A DNA stretch of 64,000 nt from Marsupella aquatica (lineage: Eukaryota; Plantae; Marchantiophyta), in contig OZ316895.1 of assembly GCA_973895155.1 (NCBI GenBank), positions 4,465,081-4,529,080 on the forward strand, read 5' to 3'. The notes beneath the pieces were generated by a model. It was given only the letters and a program-made list of their open reading frames with translations. It was not told the origin of the DNA and ran no database searches. Below are positions 9,345-22,508 of this stretch, piece by piece. Every line of letters begins with the position of its first letter. The stretch's first letter is position 1. A program made the translations under genes and the position numbers.

Positions 9345-12300
9345 ATGGCGCAGGAATCGCCAGTGACCAATGGTGAGCTCTACGATCTTGTCTGTCCTTA
9401 CTGCTGTAGTCTGTTGGTTCCTGCTCCCTTTGACACTCTTGGAGGTTTCTTCATTTGGAGTTAATAGTCGACTTCGACTTGTAACTCGTTGTCAGTAGCA
9501 GGACTCTGTGATTGCAAACGAGAGAATGTTCTTTGACGTTTAGGTCAGCCTGTTTAAGAGGTTGCGATTAAGTACGTGAATACTATAATGGTTAGATTGT
9601 GATCCATTCTGCTTAGCGGTAGCTAGTTTTCATGGATCTAATTTGCTCTTCTTTTTTGTTGACAATGTGCGGGAAATAGTTGACCAGCCCGAAGACGCGA
9701 AGACGCCTTCCCTCCTGAGTAAAGTGAAGGAGAAAGCGAAAGGCACAGTCCAAAAGTTGACGAGCAAAGGGAAGAAAGGACATGATAATTCGACGGAATC
9801 CGTGTCATCAGCGTCAGGAGGTCAAGTTGACGATGAGTCAACTAGCGATGACATGGACGAGTTGAGCGCGTCAGAAGCCCAGGTACGCAATTTACAATCT
9901 CAGACGTTGGAATGATTCACTGCTTCGGTGGCAAGCAGATTCCTTGCAGCAGGAGCTTCTAGGGTTTACCGGAGCGCACATTTTTTTCTCCCAGGACGCT
10001 GAGAGAAAGTGCATGGGTGAGCGTCTGGGTGGGGCTCCATTTAAAACCATGGAGGAGTTGTAGCACATCTTACATCTGTGTTGGAGAAATAACAACCGAA
10101 AACCAAAGAATTCCAAATGCAGGGTTAGTTGCAAGATTAAAAACCTTGCAACTAACCATGTAATTGTTCGACTTTATGGGAGCGCGGTGTTCACTGCTGT
10201 AAGCATCAATGAGTGAATGAGTCACACTACCCTTCCCACTGCTGTGAGCATTAATGAACGAATGTCACAATACCCTTCCTTGAAAAATACGTAACAAGTA
10301 TTCCTATGGCACATCCCAACCGCAGAGACGTCCTGACAACTGTTCATGATGGGGTTTGTTTCAATGGAAAACATTCTGCCGTTCGCAAAATCTTTGTTCC
10401 GATAAATGAGTCTCGGGTTTTTGTTTTGGCTTGTAAATTGCAAAATCTACACTGTATTGGAACGGTTGTATTGGGAAGTTTTCTAACGAACTGGCTCAAT
10501 TTTGAAATGGTGCTGGAAGAGGTCCCTACATCCAGTGATAACGTTTTTGGTGAAATCTGTTAACCATATTTTAATTGCCACGAGATTTATTTGAATTTGT
10601 GCAGAGAGAATCCAAAGGAAGTCCAGGAGCTCCTGGAATTGACGGAGTTCAAGAAAACACAAATGGTTTCGAGCAGCGGGTTTCGCTCGGAAGTATGAAT
10701 TGCAGTCCATACAGTGATCACGATTTAATTTCCTCGTTGAGATAACTAAGTTGATCAAAGGCAGTATACTAGCGCAATATTAGGTAGAGATCCTTCTAAC
10801 TGTTGTTACGTTCTCTATGGATTGACAGTTAAACCCGAGGACGATTTACTCAGTCCTTTTGCACGCTCTAAAGCTGAAAAGGATCCGCTTACAGTTACAC
10901 CTCTGATAGCTACTCCCACATCTTACGGGGAGCCGCACACAACTGTCGAAGATGTTATGCCACCTTCTATCATTGAGCCCACATCTGTTTCAGAGCGGGG
11001 TGAGGAGTCCTCCATAAGCCTCGGAAACATTCCGGAAGCAAGAGGTAAGAGATGATTTCTGTTCCAGATTAAGTTCCTCAAATCCTGGTTCAAGTAAATG
11101 ATTCGCAATACTTTCTATCGATACAGTCGATGGGGGAATCTGTCATCTATTGCACTTAGTAAGTTCGATTCTTTGTGGAATATAAGTACTCCGTCTGATA
11201 CGTATTCCTCTCTTATAATTGTGGACAAAAATGCTTCCTAAGAATGAATTGATTATGACCATCGTGATGCTGTCCTGGTAATCGAACAGTGACGTAGTTC
11301 GGAATTTTTTGTTGTCAAACGACTTAATAACATAAGTTAAAATCTGGGACTTGGATTGCAGACGACGAAGAGACAGCAGCGGCAAACGAGGTCACCACTG
11401 GCGGTCCAGACGCAGAGATTAGTGAAGGCTTCAAAAAGACCTTTCAGCAAAAGGATCTTCGGGCCATAGATGGTCTCCCTAAGCCCAAAGGATTTGATGT
11501 CGGTAACGAAGATAGGGTCGATTCGGGCGATTTTGCTCACCAAAGCAAGCAGGCTTTGGCCGATCCGACCATATCACAACAGACGGAAGGTAACGCAGAA
11601 GGGGTTTCCAACGATAGAGAGTTTGCGGTAGATGGGGCTGCTGACTCCCAGGTAATTGAGCAGGGCAATGAAAAGCCGCATCCACCTGGATCTGTGGCTG
11701 AGTTTGAGGACAGCATGTTTACCTCGAATGCTATCCATGACTTGAAACCAAATGAACCAAATGCAGCAGAAGCCAAGCGTGCAGGTGAAATTGGTACCTT
11801 TTCACGAGATTTTGATCCAGAAGCAAAACTGTCCAGTGGCACAGAAGGAGATAAGCAGCATCCTCCTGGTTCTACGGCTGAGTTTAAGGATAGTATGTTC
11901 AGCTCCGGTGCTACGCATGACTTGAAACCAAATGAACCAAATGCAGCAGAAGCCAAGCGTGCAGGTGAAATTGGTACCTTTTCACGAGATTTTGATCCAG
12001 AGGCAGAAAAATCTAGTGGCACAGAAGGAGATCAGCAGCATCCGCCCGGTTCTATGGCTGAGTTTAAGGATAGTATGTTCAGCTCCGGTGCCACACAAGA
12101 CTTGAAACCAAATGAGCCGAACGCAGCAGAAGCCAAGCGTGCAGGTGAAATTGGCACATTTTCACGAGATTTTGATCCAGAGGCAGAAAAGTCTAGTGGC
12201 ACAGAAGGAGATCAGCAGCATCCGCCCGGTTCTATGGCTGAGTTCAAGGATAGTATGTTCAGCTCCGGTGCCACACAAGACTTGAAACCAAATGAGCCGA

Positions 12301-13493
12301 ACGCAGCAGAAGCCAAGCGTGCAGGTGAAATTGGCACATTTTCACGAGATTTTGATCCAGAGGCAGAAAAGTCTAGTGGCACAGAAGGAGATCAGCACCA
12401 TCCGCCCGGTTCTATGGCTGAGTTTCAGGATAGTATGTTCAGCTCCGGTGCCACACAAGACTTGAAACCAAATGAGCCGAACGCAGCAGAAGCCAAGCGT
12501 GCAGGTGAAATTGGCACATTTTCACGAGATTTTGATCCAGAGGCAGGAAAGTCTAGTGGCACAGAAGGAGATCAGCAGCATCCGCCCGGTTCTATGGCTG
12601 AGTTTAAGGATAGTATGTTCAGCTCCGGTGCCACACAAGACTTGAAATCAAATGAGCCGAACGCAGCAGAGGCCAAACATTCGGGTGACATCGGCACATT
12701 TTCAAGAGGTGCGGATCTTTCTCGAGATGGCGAATCTGAAAGGAACGTACACTTCCAGGATGCTCCACAGGTATCTATCAAAGATGTAAGCCTTAAATAA
12801 TTTAGGATGTAAGGGCGAACTTATTCTTCAATCCATTTTCAGGAAATAATAAGCATGCGAAGGCAGAAATTTAACAGCGGTGAAGTGTTCTTGGTCTCCT
12901 GGATTAAGACTGTCGTGGATAGAACCGCGTTGTACAGTCTATGAAGTATCTCTTCAAACTAAGGGAACCTGATCTGTCCAACATTATGGAAACATTCGTT
13001 TAGTTTGCCCTACGCTCGGTCCTTGATCATGCATGTATTCAGCAACTCATGAGATGAAGTTACTGCATACTGATGTTTCGTATGCCTTTGTTAGCAGGGT
13101 GAACAGATTATTGACTCCTCAGCTGGGAAGGGCCCATCATCTGACCAAGGCAGCAGGCCTATGACAGCGGAAGAAGAAGCTGAAAGCTACTTTGATGCGG
13201 TGTCAGACGAAGAAGCTCTACCTAGTCAGCCAAGTTTGGACTCTGATATTAACAAGGATTTCAATCCAGAGGCCACTGATGCGTACGACAAGCAAAAGAA
13301 CTATTTAGCGGAATCTGCAAATGTACGAGTGAAGGCTGCCATGAATGATGACGCTGAGGCGAAGGAAAAAGATTCTGCTAGTAATTCATCGGAAGGTATT
13401 TCCACATTGCTGGGATCTACATTGAAGTCCGTTGTGGACAGTGTGGGTTCCAAAGTTGGACTTGTTTCCGCCCCTCGAAGTTCTTCGTCTTAA
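9345..13493 (+). CDS. LTI65/LTI78 (RD29)-like hydrophilic stress protein with 60-aa tandem repeats, 6 exons
   Basis: Exons 9345-9372, 9680-9882, 10605-10665, 10829-11044, 11361-12770, 13098-13493 join in frame at GT-AG sites. The motif SLLSKVKEKAKGTVQKLTSKGKKGH resembles the LTI65/RD29 N-terminal KKVKEKAKKIK..L.KHG motif. Acidic hydrophilic composition. Confidence 0.7.
11679..12710 (+). repeat. Coding tandem array, 180-bp unit, about 5.7 copies
   Basis: Unit HPPGSMAEFKDSMFSSGATQDLKPNEPNAAEAKRAGEIGTFSRDFDPEAEKSSGTEGDQQ recurs every 180 nt; the central copies are nearly identical. Confidence 0.97.
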
Positions 13494-14499
13494 TCACAAG
13501 CAAGTACTGTCCACAGTACTACATCAGACGAAGTGCCTAGCTGGATCTCAACAGCTATAGGTGTACCTTTTCACTGACGAGCAGGAGGAGGGGAATAGCA
13601 AGACATGCTGATAAAGTTGCAGATCTCCTTTTCATTCAGTTGTAAGATTCTCAACATGGAGTTCTAACGACGTGGTTTTTGGGGTTACGTCTTTTGTAAT
13701 GTCCTTTAGCAGGTTGTAACGCACACCCTTCAAAAACTAGTTCAGTGAGTAAAGTAATGAGGTTTTCAAGCGGATGAAATTTGATAATCGTTGTTTCTAC
13801 TCAGGATTGTGTGGTACACTCGCCCCCACTAATTTTAGTTTCTGAAGACCTGTGACAGATTTTTCTTGAAATGTGAGGGTGAAAGTCTCTTCCTTGATTG
13901 TGGTGAACACAATGCCTGGGAGTTTCCACTATTCAGGAATGGGTTGTCCTGTCCTAGACCAACTAGCAGAACTTTTATAGGTTACAGGTTTTACAACCAC
14001 TTAAATCCAATCATGTAGATATTGATCCGAATCCCTGTACAGAACATTTTAAATGGAATGGTCGGTCGAGTTAAGATTCAATTCTGTCCGAGCATGTCCA
14101 TCACTTGCCCTGTATAATCATATATTTGCTCCAGTGGAGCATTTTTGTCAGTACCTCAGAAAAGTTTGTTGCAAGTCTCTGCTAAAAGTCTCATCGAGGT
14201 GAAACGTTAAGCCAACACGCATCATATTTTTGACGAATATTTTGTTTCCATTGCAGAAATATTAGTCCATGGAATTGTTTTCTCGACAATAGGGTGGGCT
14301 GCTTAGCCCGCCCTCGTCCTTCTAAAACCTCATAAACTAAAAACTGTACACAACCTTTCAATCACCCATCTGTTTCTGTAGTAAGAAAGGTTGTTTTGGT
14401 GTACTTCATCCAGGCTCGTGTATCAAACTGATTGCTCGAACAGTTCTTGCAGAAACGCAAGGCTCTCGGGCTTATGGTAATGGAAAATCGAGTTTTGTG

Positions 14500-16054
14500 G
14501 AAGTTTCACCCAGAGGCCTTATGAGATTTAGTAGGAGGTCTCTCCGACGTGGCTGTAGGAGACGATTTAGCTCGAGCTCCAACCGTACGAAGGTGTATAA
14601 TATTATTTTTAGGGAACATCCTGCCTAGTAACAAGACTGGCAATACCTTCCTGGGGTTGTTCCTGAGCCAGTAATTCCATTCATTGGCATACACCAGGAT
14701 TGCTCTTACCACCGAGATTTCTGAAGCACTTGATCACATGAGAAGTCGTTCAAGCACAACAGAATTAAACTCATCGCTTCAATATATGGTGATTCCCCAT
14801 CTTTAGCTTGGTTCAGGACATATCCCAACTTCCCAATCCAATTCCAAGTTTACCGGCTTTCTTTCCCTGCTGATGATTAACCGTCTGATTTCCATCTCTG
14901 CCTCTGGTTGCAATTGAAACCTACACCTGATATCTATACATCTCTGCAAGTCTTTTGATAGCTCGGGTAGTTTTGTTCATCGACGTCAGAGGCATCGACC
15001 TCGAACCGAACATAAAAATTGTATAGTGTGAACTGATACACAGGGATTGCTTCACCTTTGTCATATATTTATTCATCCTCAACCAGAATCATCCTCAACC
15101 AGAAGCGAAATCGGTAACAAGTGGCTGCATGTATTTCCATTGCGAATTGTGAGATTCCCCAGGGTGAAACAAGTCGATGGAGGGTTGATCTAGAAGACGT
15201 TAAGACGATAGTGAGGCAAACACGTGAGAAGCACTGACGTAGTGAGGTTGGTTGCAGCTCCGAGTGGTTGGCTGGGATGGAAGCCCTCTTCCTTCTGCTT
15301 CCTGATGCATCGGGTTAGACGGTTGGCTTTTGGGGTAATGCTTCAATTCGCGGACAGCTCAACAGCATGGACATAAATAACTCTTCATCTCCACCTTCCT
15401 TCGATATACTCGAAATTAATTAGTACATCAAGTGTGTTATTTTTTGCCTCGGAAAATCCAAGTGTTTTAGACACAGAATTCGCGGGGGTGTTCGATTCTT
15501 CAAGGCTTGAACAACATAACAGTGGCAACAAATTCTGCTATCCTTCAGCAAATGTTTGTTACCGATTCTCCACAATTTGTCAATCACAACCAATGTTATC
15601 AGACCAAAAATGCCTCGTGAGATCTGTGCACCTGATTTCTAAACTTTCAAGTCTACGACCAATCAACCTAAACTTGATCCACACTTCGGGCCGGGTGGGC
15701 AGTGAAGACGAAGTCTGTGACTGTTCTTTTGAAGTCTTGCCAACACATTCGTATTGGGTTGGCAAGCCTATGCAGACCGGAATCACACAACAGTGAGTAC
15801 AGTAGTAAGTTGTTGATAGCATTGCAGCCTCCAACGGAACACCATAATCGTTGAGCCGCAGATTGTGTTGGCGGTGGCAAAGTGCTTTTCACTGTGCACT
15901 AATCGTTGTCACAGATATGTTGGTTCGGGCATCATATCGGAAGACAAACGAACGTGGGCGAGGCCAATTAGGTGGAAGTGACAGAGAATGTACAATGTAC
16001 AAACAAATATCTTTTCGTCAGAGTCGAAATTCGGTCTCCAGCAATGACAGTCAT
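14500..16054 (-). pseudogene. Degraded F-box/LRR(FBD)-type gene
   Basis: Minus strand MTVIAGDRISTLT/KDICLYIVHSL (F-box DRISxLPxDILxxI-like), TTISAQ*KALCHRQHNLRL (SKRWRxLW-like), EVWIKFRLIGRRLESLEI, LLSCPRIEAL. Many stops and frameshifts; 3' boundary approximate. Confidence 0.55.
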
Positions 16055-17199
16055 GGCCTCATGCATCTTCAAATAGCTTCAAATAGCTTCAACGAACTGA
16101 TAGTGCATGACAAATGGCGACCATGCGGAGTGGGCCCTAGGGAGAGTACTCTAGAATCGTCTCTCGTCCATTCTCTCAGCTATGGAGAAGTGAAAGAAAG
16201 CAGGCCAAGGCATCAGAGGAAACATGCACGCCAAGGCAATTGACACCCGGCACTGCACAACATGCGCAAGCTGTTTTCCTCTTTCACCTAAGCTAAGCTG
16301 GGGCCACCGCTTTCCAAAGACCCTGGGATACCTTCTATGCTGACTTTTGTCTTTGGCCAGTAAGTCTCATAGTTTGGTAGGGTTATACCATTAGGGACTC
16401 TCAAAGCTTGACCTTAACAAGATAAGGTTCTCCCATAACTTCAGTATTATGAGAATTCCTGTAAAAGTTATGGGAGTTGATCTTCGGCTACCATAAGGAA
16501 AGTTTGCAAGCTCAACACTTATCCTGTAACTTTCCCGCAACTTTAGGTGGAAGTTCAAAAATTTGGAAATCCAGGACTTCGGAACTCCGGAAAGCCCCAA
16601 CTGAATACATGTGGGATTTTCTCATGATGCTGTTGCATTTGAAACGGCAGCTGATCAAGAATTGAGGGAAAAATAATGTATGCTATGAGACAAGTGAGGG
16701 AGTAACTCCTGCCTTATGGGGCAGGTCAATGTTACCTCCCCCCATTTTTTAAATTCTGTAATTGGGTCCCATAACTCAAGTTATGGGATATATCACAAAT
16801 TTGTAACTTTCACTAATGACCCAGCTTTGAGATGCCCTATCAGGGCGTGTCACCATAGTTTGACAGGGTTATTAATACCATTAGGGCATGTCACCATTAG
16901 GGTGTGTCAAAGCACAACTGTAACTCATTTATGGCTCAGGACTTAAAACATTGCTACGGCCAGGAAAAAATCACTATGGGCTACTAAAATATGTCCAAAA
17001 AAATTAAGCTGTAACACTTTGGTTACCGGAGAACTTTGACATGCACTATTACCCTCTTTCTCCTCTTACTTAGTCTTCTCCATGTGTAGACTTTTATCTT
17101 TTGCCAAGTGTCTTTGTTGTGTATTTTAAATGGTCATTGGCAAGAACATAAAACTCTTTTATGGCCAGGACATAACTCCTTACGGGCTACCTAAATACA

Positions 17200-17543
17200 T
17201 GTTAGATATTGCTCTAGTCTTGTGACTCTTGTGCTAACCACAGTTAGGCTAACTCAGGTTAGGACCTAGCTAAGGTTAGCGGTAGTGCTGTTGTGCATAT
17301 AGCCAGGGCTGATGCCAGACCCTGGTGGAACTTAGGCTCATTGTTACGGAGCTAGTTGAGAGATAGGGAGAGCTTGTGCTGTGGATGCTTGGTATGGCCG
17401 GTCGGCCTAGAGTGCAGTAAAGCTCTTGTGTGTTCCCGTGGACGTAGCCTCATGTGGAGGTGAACCACGTATCTCTCTGTGTCGACTATTGTGCGTTGGA
17501 TGGTTCATGGGCTTGCCGTTACGAATGTCGTCTATGCTCAACA
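17200..17543 (+). mobile_element. Solo LTR (Copia-like)
   Basis: TGTT...AACA ends, perfect 5-bp TSD ATACA (17195-17199 / 17544-17548), internal GACGTAGCC...GTGAACCACGTA motif. Confidence 0.85.
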
Positions 17544-17624
17544 ATACACACCCCGTAAGAATTTTACGGCCCAAAATTGTTGAGCCATAAGACTTTTCTT
17601 ATGTGTGAACTTTGACGCCCTAAT

Positions 17625-18070
17625 GTCCACCTACCTTGAAAGTACAAACAAAAACCCCCCTTGTTTCCTGTAGAGCTATACAATCTCGTCTATGCCTCCC
17701 CTCTTACACGGGTTAACATACAGTTGACCATATCTTAGTAGATCATATATTTGTAGGAACCGTAATCCTATACATCATGGCCTCACAACAATACAAGGTC
17801 TACATATACCTATCACAAACAATCAACACGGGTCTTAATGTGAAAATAATTGTATGACCATTGTAGGCATGTATCATATAGTCAACATGGCCACCCACCT
17901 TGAAAGTATGAACAAAACTCCCATTGTTTCTTTTTCAAGGTATGCAATCTACTCTATGCCTCCTACCTAGTGTGCACAGTGGTTGAGATACAGTCAAACA
18001 TATCTTCATAACGGAACGCTAGGGACCTTAATCCTATACATTACAGCCTGACAATGATACATGGCCCAAA
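17625..18070. repeat. Degenerate tandem duplication (~265-bp spacing)
   Basis: CCACC.ACCTTGAAAGTA..AACAAAA...CTATGCCTCC...CATATCTT...AATCCTATACAT occurs at ~17626 and ~17891. Confidence 0.65.
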
Positions 18071-18404
18071 CATACATTTTCCAAACCAATCTATTGTACA
18101 GTACCCTAACATTATACCAACATGGCCCACCACAGAGGACTGACTGTGGCCACCCAAGGGACCAGAGAAGTCATGGGATGACTAGGGATGGGTGTTATTT
18201 TAGAGTCAACTTTTATGTAGGGGGCCCTCAAAGTAGTACTGGCCCTCAAACTCCCTAAATTGTAGGATCTAGATTCTCAAGAGTCAATCAGTTGAATCAG
18301 TTGTCATGCCATGTGTGACTTGCACAAACCTTTTTTTGTGTTCCTACTTTTTATGTTTTTGTCATTTCTTGTTCCTATTTTCTGTTTAATTGTGATTTCA
18401 AAGT

Positions 18405-18535
18405 AGAAGCCCTCAGGTCCCAGAAAGTTTCCAGCCCTTGCCCTTGGTTCTCCACTTTGCATGCCATAAGCCCTGAGGTCCCAGAAAATTTCCTGCCTTG
18501 CCCTTGTTTCTCCACATTGTATGCCATAAGCCCTG
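18405..18535. repeat. Short tandem repeat (~60 bp)
   Basis: AAGCCCT.AGGTCCCAGAAA.TTTCC.GCC.TTGCCCTTG.TTCTCCAC.TTG.ATGCCAT repeated twice, with partial copies nearby. Confidence 0.65.
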
Positions 18536-20254
18536 CTTAACTAGGTGGTTTCTCTACAGAATTCTCAGTCAAGATGTTGTTGCCATTGGTGAAGTTGAGG
18601 GCAGGGAAACTTAAATAGGGCCGCCCACATGCAAGTTGGCTCTTAGGTCCGTCTTGCATGTACCATCTCACAAGTTTCCAGCCCCTACCACTCCCGGAAG
18701 TATTAGTAAAGAGCTCATCCAAATCTCCACACTATTTGCTTACCCTGATACTTGGGAACTACCCAGGCCCATGCAGTCATGCTTGTTGTTGCCACATCCA
18801 GCTTTACTGAGCTCTGTGGGGATTGTATATTCCTTTTATTTTAGTTTTAAGGTTTGAGACCTCAATGGCCAGAAAGTTGGTTTTCCACTTTGTATGCAGT
18901 CAAGCCTACCCAAGGAGGACTTTGGGGCATACAAATCTCACTCAATGTTAGCATGCCAAGTGTGCAGTTCAGGCTGGAAACTCAAGGACGCTGCACATGC
19001 AAGATGGCCTTAGGTCCAACTCGCATGTAGCAGCCGTTAGTTTACCGGCCCTCAACACTCACACAACAAATTGTTAAAAGAAGATGATGTTTGGCAGCAA
19101 TATGTGCTGCACTTGAATGACAGGTATCCAAAGACTCCATAGTCCTTGAAGCGAGGTATTTGCTTGATCGACCCCCAAAATGAAACTTGTTACTTGATAG
19201 ACCCCCAAAATCTGAGATGAAAAGGTCCATCAACGGTCCAAATCTGGATCAGAAGGTCCATCAATGGTCCAGATTGGGGAAAAATGGAAGGGGTTGATTA
19301 AGCAAACTTTTTCCGAAAGGGGGTCTACTAAGCATATCTCCCTTGAAGCCCATCCTTTGAAATAAGCATGGCCCGTCCTTTAGGTCAGTTTTTGAAGGAC
19401 GGGCCATGCTTATTTGTTTTGTTCGATTTCCAAAGGACAGGACTCCAAGGGCCTGAAACTTTCTGGTAGTTGCCCTTGGTTCTGCTCTTTGTATGGCAGT
19501 AGCCATACAAAATACTCTCCCCAACATTCTGAATTGAGGCATACAAAAATACTCTCCACAGTACGTTTGTGCCATGTGTTACGTTGAGGGCCCCAGAAAT
19601 AAGGCCGCTCAAATGCCAGTTGGCCCTTAAGGTCCCTAAGTTTTAGGATTAGAAAACCAAATAATATCTCTCTGCCGGAAAAGAGTGCCCGTTGATGACG
19701 AAGGTGCCAGACTGCCAGGGGATGGAGATTCAACCAATTGCCAACTTGTTAATCCCACGAAGCAAGTGTTGTTATTTCGGGTGAGCAATTGGAAGTTTCA
19801 ATGATACTCCACCTGAGATTCTTGCCTTTCTAGTTCCTTCTGTTTCAGCAATCTGAAGCTGCACTGATATTTTATGGTGCAAGCTGAAAAAACTGCCGCA
19901 ACTAAAAAGCCCAAAAAGTACCCAGCGATCGACAAGTCATCCACGAAACTGTGCCAAGCACGGAACGGAAAACCGATTCGTAGACCCAGCTTGGCTTTGG
20001 TATCTCAGATCTCACAGACGTACTTTCGTATCATTCCGAAAGAACAAATTCGTCACAGATCGATTTGCAGATGTATGAATGTGATTCAATTCTGCTCAGG
20101 AATGTCGGCCCAATCCCTAGCCGTGGGAAGAGATAGATGAACGTGGTGGGGTATGTGCAGTAGTGAGTTTGAAGGTGAAGGATTCAAGCCACTGAATTGG
20201 TGGAAATCATGTAGGGCATGCTAGCGGGTCCGAATTTCATGCCAGGGCCACAGG

Positions 20255-21442
20255 ATGCCGATCACGGACAGATGGAGGAGGAGAGAGCAGACCGGCATAG
20301 CGGATCTGGGTCCGATTCAGATCATGCGAGAGGCGTTTAGACAGTTTTGGACCTACTACTTCCACTTCCTCCTGATTCAACTCACGCTCATCCTCCCGGT
20401 TGTGGGCCTCTTCGCTTCCGTCCAATACCAGCTGCTTGTGTATCCGCTGAAGGCCCTTCCTTTTGTCCCACCTGCTCACGAATTACTTGTTCCCAGGTCC
20501 AGTCATCGACTCTCCTTTCTCATCCCCAAATCCCACGAGAGAGCCTCCTCTACCCCCAGCAGTGACTTGACGAATGCGCACACGTTCCACCCTGTGGTGC
20601 TGATGAGCTTGCTTGCAACGTTTGCCTTCGAAGCAGCTCAGGGTCTCTCCACTTCAGCCATTCTTCTCTCAGTGGGTTTCATCTACGCGGGCCTGAAGGT
20701 CTCTTTCTTTGGGATCCTCAGATCCGCTATCCCTACTCTGTGGTTGCGCCTGGCGGTCACAACTCTATACAACGTCTTCGTCTCACAGTGCATCGTTCTC
20801 TTGGAGACTGCAGCTCTCTTAGCGTTGCTGAAGTTTGAGCAAGGGATCTGGATTAAGGTACTGGAGGTTGTGGTTGGAGGTGCGTTTGGTCTAGTCGATC
20901 TCTTCCTGGGGGTGGTCTTCGGTGTGGCTTTGGGGGTGTCCGTTCTCGAGGAGGCCTACGGATTTGCAGCTTTCAAGAAGGCCCTGAAGCTCCTGCATGG
21001 GAAAGGGCGAGTGGCAATTTGGTTCCACGTCGTGTGGTCCAGGACCGTCCCAAGCGTCGTCACATTTGCTTTGAACTTCCGCGAAACGACAATGCAAGTA
21101 GGAATTTCGAAAACAGGGGATCACCGAAGCTGGAGTCCAACACCTTTACAGGGGGATTACTTAAATTGTGTTCTGTTCCTTGCCTGGACGACCTTGTTCT
21201 GGCAATTGAGCTCGTTGTGTGCTGGCGTCCAGTATGTGTCTTTCAAGGCTTACCATCACGAGAACATTGCGGATTCCCGTTTTTTCGAGGAGAGGGCCGA
21301 GGCAGGATACCAGCGGATTGGACATGAGAGTATTCAAGTAGAAGCACCATCGCCATCTCCATCACCACCAGCTCTAGGTGACACCTCGATCGAAATTGGC
21401 AGCAGCAATACAGAGAGTCTTCTAGCAAGGCCCGATTCCTAA
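20255..21442 (+). CDS. Uncharacterised plant multi-pass membrane protein (At1g31130/At4g19950-like family), single exon
   Basis: 395-aa ORF with several hydrophobic segments and family motifs LSTSAILLSVGFIYAG..VSF...AIP.LWLRL, VSVLEE.YGFAAFKKALKLLHGK, YVSFKAYHHE. Confidence 0.82.
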   Translation: MPITDRWRRREQTGIADLGPIQIMREAFRQFWTYYFHFLLIQLTLILPVVGLFASVQYQLLVYPLKALPFVPPAHELLVPRSSHRLSFLIPKSHERASSTPSSDLTNAHTFHPVVLMSLLATFAFEAAQGLSTSAILLSVGFIYAGLKVSFFGILRSAIPTLWLRLAVTTLYNVFVSQCIVLLETAALLALLKFEQGIWIKVLEVVVGGAFGLVDLFLGVVFGVALGVSVLEEAYGFAAFKKALKLLHGKGRVAIWFHVVWSRTVPSVVTFALNFRETTMQVGISKTGDHRSWSPTPLQGDYLNCVLFLAWTTLFWQLSSLCAGVQYVSFKAYHHENIADSRFFEERAEAGYQRIGHESIQVEAPSPSPSPPALGDTSIEIGSSNTESLLARPDS

Positions 21443-22000
21443 GCACTCAATTGCACAGGGAATTTTAATTGATTGAGTTTTTATTGCATCGTCTTTGATG
21501 TACGGTGACTGTATAATTAGATGATGAGTGGAATAGGTGAAGAACTGATAACTTAGTTAGAAAATCCAATGTTGGCAATTTTTTGGACCTACAATTAATG
21601 TCTGTCTCTAGATCAGCTCTGAATGTGCATATCTTGGGTCCAGAGACTGGCAATTGTGCATTAGGTCTTTTGAGTATCATACGTTTTGGATAAATCATAA
21701 GTGAGGTCGTTCGATCAATGGCGGATTTTCATTTTGATCCCGAATATTGATTCGCTAGACCGTTTGCTCTGTGATCTCCTTTCGGTTCAGAATTTGGTTA
21801 CTTTTGCCGCACTATTTTCCAATGCTCAAGGCCTAGGCTCAAGTAGCATTCTAAATTGAAACGTAGTAAGGACTTCTGATGACAAGACATTAAGCAGGCA
21901 ACAGGATTTCTGAGACTTCAAGGTCTTCTGACTTGAAATCTTGGGTGGGAGTCCTTTTCGGAATTTCAGCACGCAGACGAATGGAGATTGGTTTAGGGGT

Positions 22001-22177
22001 TTCGCACAACAAAAATGAGAGGAACTTGTGCAACGTGAGGGGTGAAAAGCATATGGACAAAACCCAAGCTTTCTGTACAGATCCATTGTGCACCAATTTC
22101 CACCATAGACCATCTTGGCCTACATTCTAAAGTTCTACTCAAATACCTTTGCAATGGTATCTCAGATACCCCTAAAC
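22001..22177. repeat. Exact 177-bp copy of 23339-23515
   Basis: TTCGCACAAC...ATACCCCTAAAC appears identical at both positions by eye. Confidence 0.93.
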
Positions 22178-22461
22178 GGACAGACAATGGGGGTATACTC
22201 TCTTGGGGCAGGGAATCAACTGACTTATCACAATCTAGAGGCTACTGTACTGAAAACTAGGTCCTCCCCTGAATTCTTTTCCACATATGTCTTCTCTTCA
22301 TGAGGGATACAGCGAGTCAGAACCCACGAGTTCTGGGAATCAAATTCAATCCATGAGCTAGCAAAACTACTCAGAGAAGCCAATTGATCTTAGGGGAAGC
22401 AATGTTGTGGGGAATGATGTCTGCAGGCCTGTGCACAATCTGTCATTATGGAGGGAGACGA

Positions 22462-22466
<5 letters not shown>

Positions 22467-22504
<38 letters not shown>
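22467..22504. repeat. (CT)n microsatellite
   Basis: Direct reading. Confidence 0.95.

Positions 22505-22508
<4 letters not shown>

Noticed and set aside
11537-12022. Minus-strand ORFs over the 180-bp array
   Set aside because: Antisense shadows of the repetitive coding exon.
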